A stretch of 64,000 nt of DNA from Campylobacterales bacterium (GCA_038205935.1 JBBRBK010000002.1:37839-101838); one strand, 5' to 3'; positions 18,180 to 28,417 are shown, counted from the stretch's first letter. The notes: a model not told the origin generated them from the letters alone. Numbers and translations: made by a program.

Positions 18180-20036
18180 CTATAAAAATGTGGCTTTGTT
18201 TCTACCCTCATCCTTAGATACGTATAGAGCATCATCAGATCTTTTTATCATACTATCTTCATCATCGCCGGATTGATAGCTTGTTGCCCCAAGACTTATC
18301 GTTACATGTCCCACCGTATCAAACTCATAACTTTCCATATTTTTTCTGATATTTTCTGCAAGCTTGAGAATTCCTTCTTTCTCCGTTTGAGGACAAACGA
18401 TGAGAAACTCTTCCCCGCCAAACCTTCCAAGAGTATCGATCTTTCTAATACTTTTTTGTAAAATTTCTGCCACTTTTATGAGAACATCGTCACCCACTTG
18501 ATGCCCAAAAGTATCATTGACATGTTTAAAATGATCGATATCAATGATAATGAGAGAAAGTTTTTTGTTATAGCGCTCTGCTCTTTGGATCTCTAAGTGA
18601 AGCGATTCATCAAGTTTACGTCTGTTAAAAACATTTGTTAATTGATCCATAATGGAGAGCGTTTCCAGTTTTTTCTTCGCAGTAATATCTGTGCCAACAG
18701 ACATAAAATAGCTGATTTGATCATTCTTGTCTTTTACAGGAATAATTGTCTGTTCTAGCCAGTAGATTTCACCCTCTTTGGTTCTATTCTTAATCTCCCC
18801 ATTCCAATTGTTACCTTTTAAAATAGTTTCCCATAAATTGTTGTAAAAGCTTTTTTTTACAATAGGGTTTCTAATGATATTCATCTTTTGATTAATAAGC
18901 TCCGTTTTAGTGTAGCCGCTTACTTTACAAAACGCTGTACTGACACTAGTGATAATACCGCCTATATTGGTACATGCGGTAACCACATATTTATCGATGA
19001 TTGATCTAAATCGCTCAAGTTCAGTATTGGTATCATGAAGTTTTCTTTGAAGTCTTGATGGAGCGGTTGCGGCATACATGGCAAGAGGGATACTTAAAAG
19101 GATACTAAGGAGTGCAACGATAGCCGATGTTATAAGATTCTCATGTTGCATAGATTTTTCAAGCGCTTCTTTTGGCTGTAAGATAAGAATTGCATCATCA
19201 CTATTGTTTAAAATATGATTGATTTTATAGCTGAAAAAATCACTTCCTTCTGTTTTTGCCGCTAAGATATCAGATGCGCTATCTGGGAAATCTTGATGTA
19301 AATTTCTCTTTACTCCTGTATATTTATTCCACGAATATTGTTCATTAGGATTCACCAGAAAATAGCCATCTTTATCAATAATGTAGATATTAAAGATATT
19401 GGAACTAAGGGATGAAAAGAGTTTTTTAACATTTACGTTGATAATAATAGTTCCTGCAAACTTTTTATCTTTAAAAAGAGGCATTGCAACTCTGAGCATC
19501 GGCCTGTAAGGTACTTCTATTTTTCCATGTTCAATATTGAGATCAACGTTAGAGTGCCATATTTGTGGGCTAGTCATCTTTTTGATGCTGATAAAATAAT
19601 CACGAAGACTTTTATCTTGAAGTTCTATTTTTGGAATTATATGTGGAAGTGACTGTTGGTTATCCCTATCTACACGGATAATCTCTTTTCCAGAATCATC
19701 GAGATAACGTAATTGCATGATATCTTTTTCCGAGTTTGCAATAGTTAAAAAGAGGTTATTGAGAACAGCGAGCTTTTGAACATCGTTAGTTGTTATATAA
19801 GATTGGAGTGTTGCATCACTCGCTAAAGCTTCTGTAAGAGAGTTCATATGCTCAATATGCGGAGTTAAATAGTCGTTTAGCTTACTTTGAGAGGCTTCTT
19901 GTGCGTAGTGTTTAATAGTCTCATTGATATTCGAGATATGAATCTTATAACTTATCAACGCTCCAAGAGCAGTAATAAATATACCAAAGACAATAAAATA
20001 AATCGTGAATAAAACTTTAAAATTTTTGTTGAGCAT
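18180..20036 (-). CDS. Membrane diguanylate cyclase (Cache-PAS-GGDEF)
   Basis: Two TMs around a periplasmic domain, PAS (WNGEIKN), RFGGEEF. Confidence 0.9.
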   Translation of the reverse strand: MLNKNFKVLFTIYFIVFGIFITALGALISYKIHISNINETIKHYAQEASQSKLNDYLTPHIEHMNSLTEALASDATLQSYITTNDVQKLAVLNNLFLTIANSEKDIMQLRYLDDSGKEIIRVDRDNQQSLPHIIPKIELQDKSLRDYFISIKKMTSPQIWHSNVDLNIEHGKIEVPYRPMLRVAMPLFKDKKFAGTIIINVNVKKLFSSLSSNIFNIYIIDKDGYFLVNPNEQYSWNKYTGVKRNLHQDFPDSASDILAAKTEGSDFFSYKINHILNNSDDAILILQPKEALEKSMQHENLITSAIVALLSILLSIPLAMYAATAPSRLQRKLHDTNTELERFRSIIDKYVVTACTNIGGIITSVSTAFCKVSGYTKTELINQKMNIIRNPIVKKSFYNNLWETILKGNNWNGEIKNRTKEGEIYWLEQTIIPVKDKNDQISYFMSVGTDITAKKKLETLSIMDQLTNVFNRRKLDESLHLEIQRAERYNKKLSLIIIDIDHFKHVNDTFGHQVGDDVLIKVAEILQKSIRKIDTLGRFGGEEFLIVCPQTEKEGILKLAENIRKNMESYEFDTVGHVTISLGATSYQSGDDEDSMIKRSDDALYVSKDEGRNKATFL

Positions 20037-20109
20037 TTTTGAACCTTTTTAATACTAACACTATAGAACAAATCGACTGAAATCATTATTTATGCGTTAT
20101 AATTTCGCT

Positions 20110-20574
20110 ATGAAATGGCGAAAACTCAAGCAGAAAAAACTGCATAAAACAACCGATAAGACTCCGACAACTTTGTATCCAAAATATACAGACAAAATAA
20201 AGGGATTTATCACAGATCTTTTTATGATTTATACTCCTATTTTATATATCATAACCTATGTTATTTTAAATGGAAAAGAGGCGTTCCAAGCTTCTGCGTC
20301 TGCGCAGTTTATTGGTGTTTTGCTTTATGGCGTTATTTACGCTTCATTCCTTGCTATTATGGGGCAGACTCCGGGAAAAAAAGCGTATGGATTGAAAGTC
20401 GTTGATGTTAAGACTCATAAAAAGCTCTCTTTCTTTCGTGCATTTTGGCGTTTTAGTGCTTTTTTATTGACTGCGACGACACTTGTAGGATTGCTCCTTC
20501 CTTTTTACAGAAAAGATAAACGTGCCTTGCATGATCTACTGAGTGCAAGCGTAGAAATAGAGATTCGTGCTTAA
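20110..20574 (+). CDS. RDD-family membrane protein (start may be 20092)
   Basis: GQTPGKKAYGLKVV and RALHDLL. Confidence 0.88.
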   Translation: MKWRKLKQKKLHKTTDKTPTTLYPKYTDKIKGFITDLFMIYTPILYIITYVILNGKEAFQASASAQFIGVLLYGVIYASFLAIMGQTPGKKAYGLKVVDVKTHKKLSFFRAFWRFSAFLLTATTLVGLLLPFYRKDKRALHDLLSASVEIEIRA

Positions 20575-20577
20575 CTT

Positions 20578-21696
20578 TTGATGCAGTTACTACTTTCGGG
20601 TTTTTACTTTTTTTATTTTGCGATTGTTGGTATCTATGTGATCTTTTTGCCAAAAGTGTTGGCAATGGTGGGTTACGATGGAGTGCAAATTGGCATCATC
20701 TTTGCGACGGCTCCGCTTGTACGCTTTTTAGTTCCTTTCGCTTTTATCAAAGGTTTTAAGCTTAGCCGACACACATTTAATTTCGCGCTTTTACTCATTA
20801 TCATAACCTCTTATCTTTTTTATCTGACACTTCACAATTTTTATGCGCTTATCTTTACAAATATCCTCTTTGGTGTTGGACTTAGTCTTCTTTTGCCCTA
20901 TGTTGAAGTGATGGCACTCTCGGTTATTTCCAAAGAGCGTTATGGAAGAGTGCGTCTTTTCGGTTCCATCGGTTTTATCGTTGTTGCGCTTGTGTTGGTA
21001 AAGTTTTTAAGCAGTGCAGATATCGCGATCTTTTATCTTATATTTATGAGTTTGATGACCGCTCTGTTTGGGTACTTTTTAGCAAAACATGAAACGCAGG
21101 AGAGTGAAGATGTAGCCATTGACGAGGGCGGAGAGATCAAACTCTTTTCACATTGGAGTTTATGGGTAGGACTGACTTTGATGCAAGTGAGTTTTGGTCC
21201 TTTTTATAACTTTTTTACTCTTTATGAAACCGATCACGGTATTAGTATGGACATGACTATTTACCTTTGGAGTTTTGGCGTCATTATGGAGATATTTATG
21301 CTTTTTTTTCAAGGCAGACTCCTGCAAAAAAATGCACTTATCATTCTTCAGATTGCGACATTTGTCACGGCTATTCGCTGGTTTTTACTCTATCTTTTTC
21401 CACATAGTCTGGGCATCTCATTCTTTACTCAGTCTATGCATGCCATCTCTTTTGCACTCTTTCATACAGCGGCAATCAGCTACCTTTTTACGCTGTATAA
21501 AAAACGAAAACTCGCACAGCAATTCTTTTTAGGCATCACTTATGGACTTGGGGGATTTCTAGGAGCGATTTATAGCGGATATGTGTATCAGTATTTCAGC
21601 ACATATCTCTTTTTGAGTTCGGCTGTAGTGGCGTTTTTAGCATTTTTATTTATAGTTTATGAAGCGAAAAAAGGCTTACATGTAAAGGATCAATAA
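20578..21696 (+). CDS. MFS permease (HcaT/MFS_1-like)
   Basis: About 12 TMs; YGRVRLFGSIGF. Confidence 0.88.
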   Translation: MMQLLLSGFYFFYFAIVGIYVIFLPKVLAMVGYDGVQIGIIFATAPLVRFLVPFAFIKGFKLSRHTFNFALLLIIITSYLFYLTLHNFYALIFTNILFGVGLSLLLPYVEVMALSVISKERYGRVRLFGSIGFIVVALVLVKFLSSADIAIFYLIFMSLMTALFGYFLAKHETQESEDVAIDEGGEIKLFSHWSLWVGLTLMQVSFGPFYNFFTLYETDHGISMDMTIYLWSFGVIMEIFMLFFQGRLLQKNALIILQIATFVTAIRWFLLYLFPHSLGISFFTQSMHAISFALFHTAAISYLFTLYKKRKLAQQFFLGITYGLGGFLGAIYSGYVYQYFSTYLFLSSAVVAFLAFLFIVYEAKKGLHVKDQ

Positions 21697-21763
21697 TTGA
21701 TGAAAAGAAGCGACGAATCCACCATACTTGTGAGTATTATTTTTTTCATCATTTATTTTTCTC

Positions 21764-22588
21764 CTAAACTTTTTTTTGGTGTAAATCCATTTGTGGATAA
21801 GGGATAGAGATTCCATGCGCGTCGCAAGCAAGTTTGATACTCTCAAAAACTTCAAAACGAAGATCTCCATAATCCTCAGTTTTTACCCATGCTCGAAGAG
21901 CGAGATTGACACTGTTATCTGCGAGTTCCAAAACGCCGACAAAAGGCTCTGGATCTTGGATGATTTTTTCATTGGTGCGTAAGAGTTCAAGGAAGACATT
22001 TTTTGCGGCTTTTAAGTCATCTTCATAAGATATTCCTACGGTAATATCGAGTCTTCTTTTTTCCTGCTTGGAAAAGTTTGTGATATTACCTGCGATGATC
22101 TTGGCATTTGGGATGATGATAGTTCGATTATCTATAGGTGTGATGGTTGTAGAAAAAAGATTGATTTCATCAACTGTTCCCATAGCACCCGCTACATCGA
22201 CAGTGTCACCGATCTTAAAAGGGCGAAAGAACATGATAAGCACTGCCGCACCAATGTTTGCAAGAGAGCCTTGAAGCGCTAAACCCACCGCCAAACCGAC
22301 TGCTCCAAAAACTGCGACAAAAGAAGTTGTCTCAATTCCAAGTGCGTTTAAAGAGGCGATAATAACGGCCAGTAAAAGGATAAAGTAGATGATACTTTGG
22401 CTAAATTCAACTAAGGTTGTATCAAGTTTTGATTTTAGCATGAGCTGTCTAGAGAGAATAGTGAGCTTTTTTACAAACCAGCGCCCGACAATAAAGATAA
22501 CTATTGCACCTAAAATTTTAAAACTATACACTGAGGCATAGTTTATTGCCATATCAAAATATTTTGTATATTGCTCGGTATTAATCAT
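21764..22588 (-). CDS. mscS: Small-conductance mechanosensitive channel
   Basis: GLAVGLALQGSLAN, RPFKIGD, IPYPQ. Confidence 0.93.
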   Translation of the reverse strand: MINTEQYTKYFDMAINYASVYSFKILGAIVIFIVGRWFVKKLTILSRQLMLKSKLDTTLVEFSQSIIYFILLLAVIIASLNALGIETTSFVAVFGAVGLAVGLALQGSLANIGAAVLIMFFRPFKIGDTVDVAGAMGTVDEINLFSTTITPIDNRTIIIPNAKIIAGNITNFSKQEKRRLDITVGISYEDDLKAAKNVFLELLRTNEKIIQDPEPFVGVLELADNSVNLALRAWVKTEDYGDLRFEVFESIKLACDAHGISIPYPQMDLHQKKV

Positions 22589-22898
22589 TATGTGGCCTTT
22601 GTATATCTTCTATTTTTTGTTCGATCTCTTCATATTTTTTTGCATATACACTGATGACATGTAAGCGTAATAATTTGTATTTGAGATAATTATTGTAAAC
22701 CTTTCGCGCTGAATCTTTTCTTCCACGTTTTATAAGCTCAAAGCTTACCGCTGCATTGATATAGCCTTTGAGGAGTTTTATCTCATCGTTCTCTTCAAAA
22801 CGGCGTGGAAACCAGACTGCTTCTAAGGTTTCATGTGCATCATAAAAACGCTCTTCATTCAGACAAAGTATGAACTCATCAAGATGTTTACTGCTCAT
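22581..22898 (-). CDS. DUF309-like protein
   Basis: FYDAHETLEAVW resembles the family motif. Confidence 0.8.
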   Translation of the reverse strand: MSSKHLDEFILCLNEERFYDAHETLEAVWFPRRFEENDEIKLLKGYINAAVSFELIKRGRKDSARKVYNNYLKYKLLRLHVISVYAKKYEEIEQKIEDIQRPHND

Positions 22899-23202
22899 CG
22901 CGAACCGTCATATTTTTTCTCCAGTAACCTCTGCCACCTCGAAGAGAGATGCAGATATGGTCGGGAAATTTTTCTTTGTACTCTTTTAATCTGTTGAACG
23001 TTGCTTTTCCGCTGTCGCAGTAAAAGACAAAGACGCTTCCTTTTGGCTCGGAGGCGAGTTCAAAAGGGTTATAAACTACACTTTGTGCTTTTTCTATAGG
23101 TGAGAGAATCGTATCTATGAGCAGTACTTTTACGCCATTTTTCTCTAAGGCCATTTTGTTTGCAAGATACTCTTCTTGGGTCCATTCATCGGGAAAATTC
23201 AT
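22888..23202 (-). CDS. Hypothetical protein, rhodanese-like features
   Basis: VFYCDSG and SLRGG...W. Confidence 0.65.
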   Translation of the reverse strand: MNFPDEWTQEEYLANKMALEKNGVKVLLIDTILSPIEKAQSVVYNPFELASEPKGSVFVFYCDSGKATFNRLKEYKEKFPDHICISLRGGRGYWRKNMTVRDEQ

Positions 23203-23329
23203 AGTTTATCCATTTTTTTTGTGAATTATAGTGGATAAATTTTATGAAAAGATTAAAGTTTAGAGAAAGGTTTGAGACTCAGAGGTTTTAAAATAAAACC
23301 AGAGTAGTCCCAAGAAGAACTTGTGAAAA

Positions 23330-23767
23330 TTAAACGTTTGTATTGCCGCAGTGTCCACATTTTTTTGCAGCAAGAGGAATCTCCATCGCACATTCGCCAC
23401 ATACTTTTGTTGTTGGTTCTGCTGGTGCTGGCGCTTTCTCATTTTTCATCTTTGTATATGCTTTTATCATCATAAACATGACAAAACCAAGGATTAAAAA
23501 AGAGATTGCGTCGTTCACAAAAACACCATATTTGATCGCAGGTGCACCAGCCTTGTCAAGGGCCGCCATATTCTCATAAGTGTTACCATCAAGTGAGATA
23601 TAGAGTTGTGAAAAGTCAACTTTACCCATAAGTAAGCCAACTGGAGGCATAATGATGTTTGTGACAAGAGATTTTACGAGAGTTGCAAACGCAGCACCAA
23701 AGATAAAACCTACGGCCATATCAATCATATTTCCCTGAATGAGAAACTTTTTAAACTCTTCTAACAT
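23330..23767 (-). CDS. mscL: Large-conductance mechanosensitive channel with C-terminal CxxC...CxxC ribbon
   Basis: EFKKFLIQGNMIDMAVG; tail CGEC...CGHC. Confidence 0.93.
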   Translation of the reverse strand: MLEEFKKFLIQGNMIDMAVGFIFGAAFATLVKSLVTNIIMPPVGLLMGKVDFSQLYISLDGNTYENMAALDKAGAPAIKYGVFVNDAISFLILGFVMFMMIKAYTKMKNEKAPAPAEPTTKVCGECAMEIPLAAKKCGHCGNTNV

Positions 23768-23882
23768 ACGTGTCCTTTTGAATAATCTATATATTATGGT
23801 AGCGCCTTAGAACTTAAGATTTTGTATACGCTTGTACTTTAGACATATAAAGTGTTAGAATGAGAATCCATAAATTTTAAAA

Positions 23883-24494
23883 ATGAAAGGATTTTTTGTG
23901 AATAAAGAGAACTATTTTATTGTACAAAGAACATATATCATAGCCCTAGCTGTGCTTATAGCTTGGAGTACATTTGCCTATTATATATCTGAGAAAATCG
24001 TTAAAGATCAAGAAAGATATGTAAAACTGATCAATCTGAGTCAAAAACAGTGCATGCTTTCTCAGAGGACTGCTTTATATGCATCCTATCTTTATGTAAC
24101 GTCTTCGCAAAAAAATAAAGAATTGCTTAGCGGTTTGCTTGTTTCAATGAAAAACGATAATCAGGAGATCATTGAAAATATCGCCTCACAAAATGTGAAA
24201 GATTTTTATACTAAAAAAGAGGGGCTTGAAGAGCAGTTAGAAACGTATATCACGTCTTTAGATACTTACATGCAAAGACCTAGTGTTATAAAATTAGCTG
24301 TGATCAGCGCACAAAGTGAGGAACTACTTCCTGTTTTAAATCAAGCCGTTACAATGTTTCAAGCTGAGAATACGGTACTTGTCAATCAAGCAAAACAGAC
24401 AACATTTTATATATATATCGCAACTCTCTTGACGCTTTTGGTTATCACTTGGTTTCTTTTTCGTGCGATGTCAACAAAGGATGAATTAGAGTGA
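23883..24494 (+). CDS. Stand-alone two-TM PilJ/NarX-like sensor protein (start may be GTG 23898)
   Basis: TM, INLSQKQCMLSQR, helical domain, TM, very short tail. Confidence 0.7.
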   Translation: MKGFFVNKENYFIVQRTYIIALAVLIAWSTFAYYISEKIVKDQERYVKLINLSQKQCMLSQRTALYASYLYVTSSQKNKELLSGLLVSMKNDNQEIIENIASQNVKDFYTKKEGLEEQLETYITSLDTYMQRPSVIKLAVISAQSEELLPVLNQAVTMFQAENTVLVNQAKQTTFYIYIATLLTLLVITWFLFRAMSTKDELE

Positions 24495-24510
24495 AAGTTA
24501 CACTCTAAAA

Positions 24511-25188
24511 CTATTCCACCACATAAACCACAGGCACGGTAATGGTCATACTTTCTTCTTTAAGCTCTTTGGGAATCGGCGCTGCTTTTGCCAGAGTGAT
24601 GAGGATTTTCTTTGCCGCATCATCTAACATCGTAAATCCGGATGAGTCACTAAGGGAGATGTTTGTAATCGTTCCATCTGCTAAAACAGTAAAAGTGACT
24701 TTTGCTGTTCCGCTTTGTCCAAGCCTTTTTGCATTTTTTGGATAAACCTTGAGTTTGTCTATGCTTTGATAAAGAGCTCCTAGATACTTACTTTTAATAC
24801 TCTTCGTATCAACACTTGTGATTTTTGGTTCGCTTTTCGGTGCTTTGAGAGCAGGTTCAACGGCTTTCGATATCGGTTTAGGTTTTTCTACAGGCTTTTC
24901 TTCCGCTGGTTTAGGTGCTGGTTTCAGTAAAGCTACCGGCGTAGGTTTTATCTCTTGCACTGTAGGTTTTGGTAAAGGTTTTACAATCTCTTTAGGCGGC
25001 TGTGGTTTTTGCACAGGCTGAGGTTTTACAGGTGTGGGCTCTGTCTTTGGAGTGCTCGGTAGTGCCACTATGGTTATAGGAATCACTTTAGGTTTTGGCG
25101 GTGTGTGTGTCGTCATCATAAAGTAAACAACAACAGCTCCAATGCTTACATGTAAGGCTGTTGAGAGTGCGATACTTTTTTTAAGCAT
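24511..25188 (-). CDS. tonB: Energy transducer TonB
   Basis: TM SxxxH (STALH), Pro/Lys-rich linker, YPKNAKRLG; ATG 25188 preferred over GTG 25236. Confidence 0.92.
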   Translation of the reverse strand: MLKKSIALSTALHVSIGAVVVYFMMTTHTPPKPKVIPITIVALPSTPKTEPTPVKPQPVQKPQPPKEIVKPLPKPTVQEIKPTPVALLKPAPKPAEEKPVEKPKPISKAVEPALKAPKSEPKITSVDTKSIKSKYLGALYQSIDKLKVYPKNAKRLGQSGTAKVTFTVLADGTITNISLSDSSGFTMLDDAAKKILITLAKAAPIPKELKEESMTITVPVVYVVE

Positions 25189-25192
25189 AGCT

Positions 25193-25570
25193 CTACTCTT
25201 TCTTCGTCGCGATAGAGAGATGTGTATATCCGGCACCTGTCAAAGTATCGATAGTTCCTACGAAATACTCATAGTTCATCTTCGCATCTCCATTGATAAC
25301 GATAGTCGTCTCTTTTGGAGTTTGCCCAAGTAGAGTAATAAGTTTACTTTTATCTATTGCAACTCCATCAAGATAGGTCTTGCCATCTTTTGTGAGTGTG
25401 ATCTCACGAGGTTTTTCCACTTTGGCACTTTGAGCTGAGGCTTTTGGAAGATCTACTTTGATAGAACCTTTTGCGATGAAAGTCGCTGTTGTAAGAACGA
25501 TTGCCAAAAGAACAAGCATAATATCAATGAAGGGAATGACATTGATAGATTCTATCTTTTTAATTGCCAT
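25193..25570 (-). CDS. exbD: ExbD
   Basis: INVIPFIDIMLVLL, VDLPKA. Confidence 0.95.
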   Translation of the reverse strand: MAIKKIESINVIPFIDIMLVLLAIVLTTATFIAKGSIKVDLPKASAQSAKVEKPREITLTKDGKTYLDGVAIDKSKLITLLGQTPKETTIVINGDAKMNYEYFVGTIDTLTGAGYTHLSIATKKE

Positions 25571-25985
25571 TTTTGATATCCCATCTAATGAGGAGCACTT
25601 CCATCTTTCTCACAAGGTAGTTGTGAAATACAATAGAAGGGATCGCTACAACAAGACCAAAAGCCGTTGCTTTAAGAGCAAGAGCAAGACCTGTCATAAT
25701 GGCACCACTGTCTGATAAGCCGTTCGTACCGATAGTAAAAAATGTCAAGATAATCCCAAAGACTGTTCCAAGTAATCCAACGTATGGAGCATTTGAAGCT
25801 ATGGTTGAGATGATAGTGAGATTGTTTCCAAGATCTATCTCTAACTCTTTTTTATCTTTGTACTCTTCTAAAGATATTTTTTTATAAAACATTGTTCGCT
25901 CAATTCCTACACCGATAGAGAGGATGCTCATAAGTCCTAAAATTGCAAATATAACGATGTCTAGTATCTCTTTGTATTGTTCCAT
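25560..25985 (-). CDS. exbB: ExbB (short form)
   Basis: APYVGLLGTVFGI, ALKATAFGLVVAIP. Confidence 0.95.
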   Translation of the reverse strand: MEQYKEILDIVIFAILGLMSILSIGVGIERTMFYKKISLEEYKDKKELEIDLGNNLTIISTIASNAPYVGLLGTVFGIILTFFTIGTNGLSDSGAIMTGLALALKATAFGLVVAIPSIVFHNYLVRKMEVLLIRWDIKNGN

Positions 25986-26003
25986 TTGTTTTGTTCCTTG
26001 TTT

Positions 26004-28112
26004 TTAAAATGTTGCTTTTATGCCCGCATAAACTGTTCTGCCACGAAGTGGACCCCAAACATACGATGTGTCAAAACCGCCACTAGCGTCATAAAATAAC
26101 GGTGACTGAACATCTGTTTGTACAAAGTCAAACAAGTTTTTTGCACCTGCGTAAAGGGTAAAGTTTTTGTTGATCTTCTTAGATATTTTCATATCAACAG
26201 TCACGAAAGAAGGAGCTGTTTGATTTTTGAGATCTGAAACAGTTGTTCCATCATAGACGTTATATCCCTCATAGCCGTATTGTGAAAGATCACGTGCACC
26301 AACCCAAGTCGCTTCGCCATACAAATCCCAACCGCTGTAATCATAATCCACGCTCACACGTGCGCGCTGTTCGACAGGCGCTAAAGTCATAAGTGATTTG
26401 TAGTTACTGTCATATCCATAAATTTCATACGAACCTGAAAGGGTAAGATTATTATTAACGATATATCCAAGGACGATATCTCCCTCTTTAACACTGATAT
26501 CATTTGAACTGTTACGAAGAGTAGGAATCGCTCCTGAGTTGTCCACATAAGCAAGATTTTTTACTTGAGTGTATGCGGCTGAACCTGTGACACTGAGACC
26601 ATTTTTATTGTAAGCAAGAGAGTAGTTCACTCCATTTGATTTTTCAATAGCGTTGATATCCATTGCAAATCCGCCATTAAGCATTCCGTGATCTGATTCA
26701 AAGAATGTTAATGGAGAACGATAACCCATTCCCCAGCCCAGACGTGATGTAAGATAGCTTGTATGATCATGACGAAATAAAACGCGTGGAACAAGCAGAG
26801 TCTCGTCGATCTCATTGCCTTTAGCTGTTTGGGCTAGCCAGTTAGTCGTGATCTTTTCGCCTCTGAGTGCTAAAGTAAGTTGGTTGGCATCATTGATTGT
26901 CCACGCGTCTTGCCCATAAACACCGTATGCCGCGTAATCAAAATCATCTTTGGCCATTGCCTTTGTTACATAGTAATAGGTGGACTCTGAACGTGCTTGT
27001 TCAATCTTTGCATCCAAGCCGTAAGTTAAAAAATGACTGTCATTTAATGCATGATCTATTTTGATATCTCCAAAATAGGTCTTATCTACATTTGAATAAT
27101 CAGCACCTTCATAAAGAGAATCTTGTTTTTGCTCTGAGTAAGCAAGGGTTGTTTGTAAGCTCATCGTATCGCTAATGATGTGGTGCTCTTTTGCGTAAAC
27201 TTCATCACGAGTTGTGTTGATGACCTCGATCATATTTATCGGATCACCTGTGTATTGATTATTGACGTTGTTTCCCACAAAACTCGTATTGCCAGTGTTT
27301 CCTTGGGCAATAGCAGAGTTCTCAGAAACCATCGTTCCACCTTTGACATCTGAAGTGAAATGCGCCGCATGGATATCCAAAGAATCATAAGGAGAAAATT
27401 TATGAGTAAGCATCACGGAGATCGATTGATTTTTCATAGATGGAGATTCGCTGATACCGTTATGGTCGTTATCTACCTGATCTTGTTGATGAGAAGATGC
27501 CGAAACTAAGATCCCTGTTTGTTTGTCATCAGTGATTGCTTGACCGAGAATTGAGTAGTTTTTCTCGCCCAATGTTCCCACAGAGCCATCAAACTCCACA
27601 CCATTTTTATATGGACGCATAGGGATGATGTTTACAGTTCCGCCAATAGCTTCAGGAGCAGTAAGTGAAGCACCTGCACCGCGAGTGACTTGGATACTTT
27701 GGATATCAGAAGTACCCACAGCATCAGCGCCATAAAAGCTCGATACTGTCGAGTTGAACGGAATTCCATCCACGAGTATCGTCGTGTGATCGCCTGTAAG
27801 ACCGTTGATTTGTATACGTTTCATACCGCAAACAGAACAACCTGTTTGTATATTTACGCCTGCTTGTTGGCTGATTGCTTCACTGAGTGTAGCAGATTGT
27901 GTTTGTTCTATCTGTTTTTTATCAACAACCTCAGTCTTTTCAACTGCATCTTGTAAAATTCTTCTTTGTTGTACTTTTGTGGTTTTTGTAGTCTCTAAAG
28001 AGCTAGGGTTTGTATCACCTACAGTGATAGAATTGAGCTGAATATCCTCAGCAAACGCGCTTGTATAGATCGCTGCACACGCAACGACTGATATAAATTT
28101 TGTCATAGACAT
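26004..28112 (-). CDS. TonB-dependent outer-membrane receptor (start possibly 28106)
   Basis: Signal peptide, plug (ILVDGIP, RGAGASL...GGTVNII), KNLFD, terminal Phe; plug carries GCSVCG. Confidence 0.93.
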   Translation of the reverse strand: MSMTKFISVVACAAIYTSAFAEDIQLNSITVGDTNPSSLETTKTTKVQQRRILQDAVEKTEVVDKKQIEQTQSATLSEAISQQAGVNIQTGCSVCGMKRIQINGLTGDHTTILVDGIPFNSTVSSFYGADAVGTSDIQSIQVTRGAGASLTAPEAIGGTVNIIPMRPYKNGVEFDGSVGTLGEKNYSILGQAITDDKQTGILVSASSHQQDQVDNDHNGISESPSMKNQSISVMLTHKFSPYDSLDIHAAHFTSDVKGGTMVSENSAIAQGNTGNTSFVGNNVNNQYTGDPINMIEVINTTRDEVYAKEHHIISDTMSLQTTLAYSEQKQDSLYEGADYSNVDKTYFGDIKIDHALNDSHFLTYGLDAKIEQARSESTYYYVTKAMAKDDFDYAAYGVYGQDAWTINDANQLTLALRGEKITTNWLAQTAKGNEIDETLLVPRVLFRHDHTSYLTSRLGWGMGYRSPLTFFESDHGMLNGGFAMDINAIEKSNGVNYSLAYNKNGLSVTGSAAYTQVKNLAYVDNSGAIPTLRNSSNDISVKEGDIVLGYIVNNNLTLSGSYEIYGYDSNYKSLMTLAPVEQRARVSVDYDYSGWDLYGEATWVGARDLSQYGYEGYNVYDGTTVSDLKNQTAPSFVTVDMKISKKINKNFTLYAGAKNLFDFVQTDVQSPLFYDASGGFDTSYVWGPLRGRTVYAGIKATF

Positions 28113-28114
28113 TT

Positions 28115-28164
28115 CCTAATCTTTATAAATTATAGTAGTAATTATTATTGGTAAAAAGATTAGG
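28115..28164 (-). promoter_or_regulatory. RBS-sequestering hairpin between leader peptide and receptor
   Basis: Perfect 10-bp inverted repeat CCTAATCTTT / AAAGATTAGG; one arm spans the leader stop codon, the other the receptor's AGG(A). Confidence 0.7.
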
Positions 28165-28417
28165 CGAGAGGAGGGGCTCTGCTACGAGCTTGGATAAGAC
28201 AGGGTTGCGCTTTGCTTTGGGGTAGGGAGATAAATTCGGCATAAGTTTTGTCGATGGATATAAAAGATGGTGCATCAACGCCAACGGCCGGAGTATGGGA
28301 AAGAACACATACACTACAATTGTCACCAAGATGGTGCACATGCGAGATCTCATGTGCGACACCCATAAAGATAGAGAGGAAATAGATTAACGCTAATAAT
28401 CGTTTTATTTTACGCAT
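28160..28417 (-). CDS. DUF2946/CruR-like leader peptide with His cluster, CxxC and C-terminal RAPP
   Basis: Hydrophobic N-terminus, AHEISHVHHLGDNCSVC, ends SRAPPLA; AAGGAG RBS. Confidence 0.8.
   Translation of the reverse strand: MRKIKRLLALIYFLSIFMGVAHEISHVHHLGDNCSVCVLSHTPAVGVDAPSFISIDKTYAEFISLPQSKAQPCLIQARSRAPPLA

Noticed and set aside
23330..23410. Zinc-ribbon tail on MscL
   Set aside because: I recall this tail in many bacterial MscL proteins; listed as a feature only.
28123..28362. 79-aa alternative-frame ORF over the leader peptide
   Set aside because: The 28160-28417 frame has the RBS and the coherent motifs.
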